A DNA stretch of 64,000 nucleotides from Chrysemys picta bellii (lineage: Eukaryota), in NCBI RefSeq assembly GCF_011386835.1, contig NC_088801.1, forward strand, positions 32,984,001-33,048,000, written 5' to 3'. Below the pieces are notes generated by a model that did not search any database, had not been told where the DNA came from, and worked only from the letters and a program-made list of their open reading frames with translations. Each line of letters begins with the position of its first letter. Position 1 is the stretch's first letter. The translations under genes and the position numbers were made by a program. Of this stretch, positions 60,071 through 64,000 are shown one piece after another.

Positions 60071-63000
60071 TATTCCACTCAAGGAGAATAGGACTTAATT
60101 TTTTCCACCCCTTAAAACCAGTTGCTTTGAAAACATTAGTATTAACTCATTGCAGGAAGTACTGCCAAATATGCAACCATCACATTGCTTAAATTAGTTT
60201 TCTATGCTTTGAAGACTTCAAAACAAGAATAAATATCCAGGTTGTATATACCTGATCCAGCTTCTACGAGGTGAGCCTGGAATAGTCATGTAATTGCAGC
60301 TTCCCATACTACTTTGCATCCGCAGGTTGGATTAAATAACCTTATTTAATGATTAACATTGGTTTTAGCACTATTGAGTTACTCTCTCTCCAGATATGCC
60401 AGCAGAGGTGGTTGGGACATGTCAGAAGTGCTTGAGGAAACAGTCATCTTAATGTTATCCAGTCCTACTTCTTTCTTGCTATACATTCCTCAAATACCTA
60501 CTGACAAATTTCTTTTGGTTGGGAGTTGCAATGAGATGTGGTGCACTTATTTTGTTCTTTGATGTCCTGCCTGAAGTATCTTTTCATTCAAATTCTTCCT
60601 GAAGATGCACTTCTTCCACAATGCATTCAGTCATAACAAATAAAATAAAAACAGAAAAAAAAATTGCTAGCTATTCTTGCAGAGTCTCCAAGTGCATCCT
60701 GTTCTTTCATACTGTAAACTCTTTGGAATAGGAATGCTGTATTTTGTTTTAAATCCCTTTAAATGTGTCACTGCACAGAATATGATTTTGGTACCCAATA
60801 TTAATACCTGCAGAGCACTAGATTCCCCTAATTAAGGTGTGATGTCCAGATAGAGTAGAAGAGAACCTGGGTTTACCTACTGAAATTTTGCATGGGTATA
60901 AGTTTATACACCCTAAATTCCATTATCTGCCTTGAGGCTCCCTCTTCCCCATACCCACTGAGAATGTGGTCTCTAGCCAAGAAATAAATCCAAAATCCCT
61001 TTGGGCAGTGAGCGTGGAATCTTGAAGGCAGGAATACTGGAACTTTGCAAAATGAATTTCTAACAGTTGTTAGATTGTTTGTATTTTCCTTAAGCAGAAC
61101 TTTAACTCTGAATTTTCCAGGCTTTTTAGCATTTTTGGGTGAGGAGTATGATCTTGTTTTTCTGTGTGAGAATTACAGCATTTTCAGGGGTTCTTTCCAC
61201 CTTCACTCTCCTCTGATATTTACAACCTTATTTCCATCTTAATGAAGTTTTATTATATCCTGAAAACTTGCTTTACATTTTTGAAAATGAGTAGGAGGCA
61301 GTATTGACTGCAAGTACTGTTGTCTGGCATTACGTTCCTTACACGGTTTTAATAACTACTTGAGTTTTTGATTTGAACAAAACAAGAAAACTGGAAATAC
61401 CTGCATTCAGGTGGACACTTTATTTTAATACATTTGTTAACAACATTCTGAAAGACATTTTAAGGATTATAGACTCCTTTAAAGTAATACATATGTATAA
61501 CTAATTCTGCAGTATAGATATATTTTTAATGATGGAAATAAGATGTTTTTAATAAAACAGGCTAATTAGGATTTTGGCTGGTCATCTTTAAAATAAATTG
61601 TACTGAGATCAAATTTCAAGCTTAACTTTGATCACATAGGCACAAAGGCATTGCTTGATCTGATTGGACCCTTGGATCCCCTAGTGTTTAGACCATAGTG
61701 AGAAGGGCAAGAGGCAGTAATTTAAACTGCGATGAAGAATAAAAAGCACCTGAGTAAAATAATTTTTCAGGAGCTTGAACTTCAGTCTTCTAGATCTTGT
61801 CTGTCTAGCAGCTTTAGGAAATATGAACACTATTTTTTTTAAGATAAAATTTTAACATCTATTCAAAAGAAGAAAAATTTTTCAAAAGAAGAACAAAACA
61901 TAATTGAGTTCTTAAGGTTTATAGAAAATAGAATCTGTACATAGGCCTTTCTGAATGGGTAGCTCAACCAATTCCTTAAAACTCTCTCATTTAGCAGATA
62001 TTATTAGCAGAGACGAAGAATTTTTGTGCGAACTAGTCAAAATTAAAAATTTTGGATCGATCAGCTAGCACCTGATACCAAATAATTTGCATGTTTTTTC
62101 TTTGTTGATCATTTTAAGCTTTTTATACTTCTGTTATGGAAAAAGTCTGACTTGACTCTGGTTGTGCAGTTACCCTGTAAGAGAGAGAGACTGCACACTT
62201 GGAAAAATTACTTAATATTCTTAAAGCTTCAGTTTTAGACCCAAAGCTTCTATGAGTTTGAGTTACTGTCGCAGGCCAGTTTAACCGCTTGTGTTGTTTT
62301 GAAGCCTGCCAAAGCTTCCTGAAATAATGTTATGTTTCCCATTCCACAGTCCTTATATGCAAGACTGATGGTGTGAGACACCCTTTTTATTCCTAATACA
62401 GCTAGAGTTCCTATTAATTTGAGTTACCTTAGTTTTGCTCTAGGGGTGTACCTGAATTATTGAGTTTATCTTTTTGCGGAGGAGATGGGGAATTGGCAAA
62501 TATACTGAGAGACATTGGATTTTCTTGTGCAGCTTTATCTTATCCCAGCTAGTTTTGGGTTCATCACAGTACATGCTTTAAAACACCAGCAGAGGCGTTG
62601 ATGTTAGCCCAAGATCAGTGCTCCAGTTGGCGGATCAATATATGATAAATGACTAACTGCAAACATTTCTATAATTTTCTCTTTCTGATAGCATGTGAAT
62701 CAGCTAGAGAGACCATGGTTTGTTTATAAATATATAGTGCTTGTAGAAATCGAAGCTATTTTATAGCTGTAGCGTGTTTGTTTGCTTGTTTGATACAAAT
62801 ACGGACCTAAACTTGCAAACAGTTGTAGGCATAACGCTTACTTGCAGAAGTTGTCTGGTAGATTAAGAAGTATTTGCAAGAAACTAGAAAGCTAAATAAA
62901 ATATGCTGAATGCCCACTATGCAGACTGTGCGGGTGATTCCGCGTGAAAATTTTAATTTTATTTCTAAAATTTGTTTTCCCTCTGTAAATTCCTCTGGTG

Positions 63001-63846
63001 TTTCCTGATTTGTTGTTCAGCCTAGAATTCATCATTCTGTGACTTCCCTGGTGTTAATTTGCTATACTGCAGAGTCTGCAGTATGTTTTTTTTTGTTCTG
63101 GTGCATTAAATGAAGAGAACTGTTGAAATCTGAAGAAACTTTACCCTTTATCATGGGGACTGAATAAAACATCTGTATTTAATTCAAGTATATTCTGTTA
63201 TCTTTTCATATGTAGTAAATATTCTGATTATTTCACAGCAAAAATTGTACCCCTGGGTTCAAGCTCCATTTTTATTTTTCTTGGATTTATATTTTAATTC
63301 TAGGAATTACTGTGTAAATGAGATCACACCATGAAAGGAGTCTTAGATTTTTTTGTCAGTTGGTCATCAGAGTATACAGTGTACATTAGCAGACCTAAAA
63401 GGAGTGTATGAAGTCCAACAAATCAATTTTATGTAGCTTTTGTACTATCACTAGCACCTCTCTCTGTAGATTGTCCTGTTCCTATGCACTTTTGTCAAGT
63501 AACGGTCTACAAAGTGTTATATTTTACTCGCTGTTTATAAATCTTAGTCTGTTTGATTTACGTTTAGAAAATATAATAGTTCCGAGTCATTTAAAATGCC
63601 TACTCTTTCAAGAGTCTCTTCAATATGTAAAGCAAAATAATTCTTACTCCACAGTAGTAGGTGTTGCATTTGTGTCCTGGTGACTTTTCCCTCCTATAAA
63701 ATGTGCGCAGTGACTTTTGTCCGGAGGATTTATTTTGGAGCAAGTGGTGGAAATGATTTTTTCCACATTCAGAAGTAACACAAGTTTTAAATTAATCTCC
63801 CTCAATTGTCTTTAGGTGTAACAGCTGAAATTATGTACTCAAAGGG

Positions 63847-63978
63847 NNNNNNNNNNNNNNNNNNNNNNNNNNNNNNNNNNNNNNNNNNNNNNNNNNNNNN
63901 NNNNNNNNNNNNNNNNNNNNNNNNNNNNNNNNNNNNNNNNNNNNNNNNNNNNNNNNNNNNNNNNNNNNNNNNNNNNNN
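63847..63978. other. Assembly gap (N run)
   Basis: Run of N. Confidence 1.
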
Positions 63979-64000
63979 TCATTGAAGCAGAGGCAGTAGA

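Noticed and set aside
53257-64000. Next PSMD14 coding exon ([24 protein letters not shown])
   Set aside because: Not found. The following intron is long in mammals, so the exon is likely beyond the window, or possibly hidden in a gap.

Overview
This is AT-rich vertebrate genomic DNA whose repeat content (turtle-type CR1 with an ATTCTATG tail, Penelope, Harbinger/hAT/Tigger MITEs, LF-SINE, AmnSINE1) points to a turtle; the species cannot be determined from the sequence. The only host gene I can support is the 5' part of PSMD14 (Rpn11/POH1 proteasome deubiquitinase) on the + strand. It has a CpG-island promoter and non-coding exon 1 (donor after 39108), a probable non-coding exon 2 (50289-50400), and the first coding exon (MDRLLRLGGGMPGLGQ, 53209-53256); the remaining coding exons lie beyond the window. 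The upstream ~38 kb is intergenic and holds two dense nests of transposons. At 0.6-8.3 kb, a Gmr1-like Gypsy (SCAN-type capsid) has an LTR split by a CGGBP1-like hAT, which itself carries a solo LTR, and a triple-nested hAT MITE sits next to it. At 22.5-28.6 kb, Harbinger, Tigger and Sushi-type Gypsy remnants are fused. The most notable non-coding features are a minimal dimer-type hammerhead ribozyme in the Penelope element, a 336-bp fold-back MITE in PSMD14 intron 1, a near full-length LF-SINE next to exon 2, a (GGGGCC)4 repeat just inside intron 1 and an unexplained ~185-bp hairpin at 15.6 kb. Most long ORFs in the track are TE remnants or GC-rich artefacts. I found no wholly new biological system. 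Repeat family names come from recalled consensus features, not from database searches.
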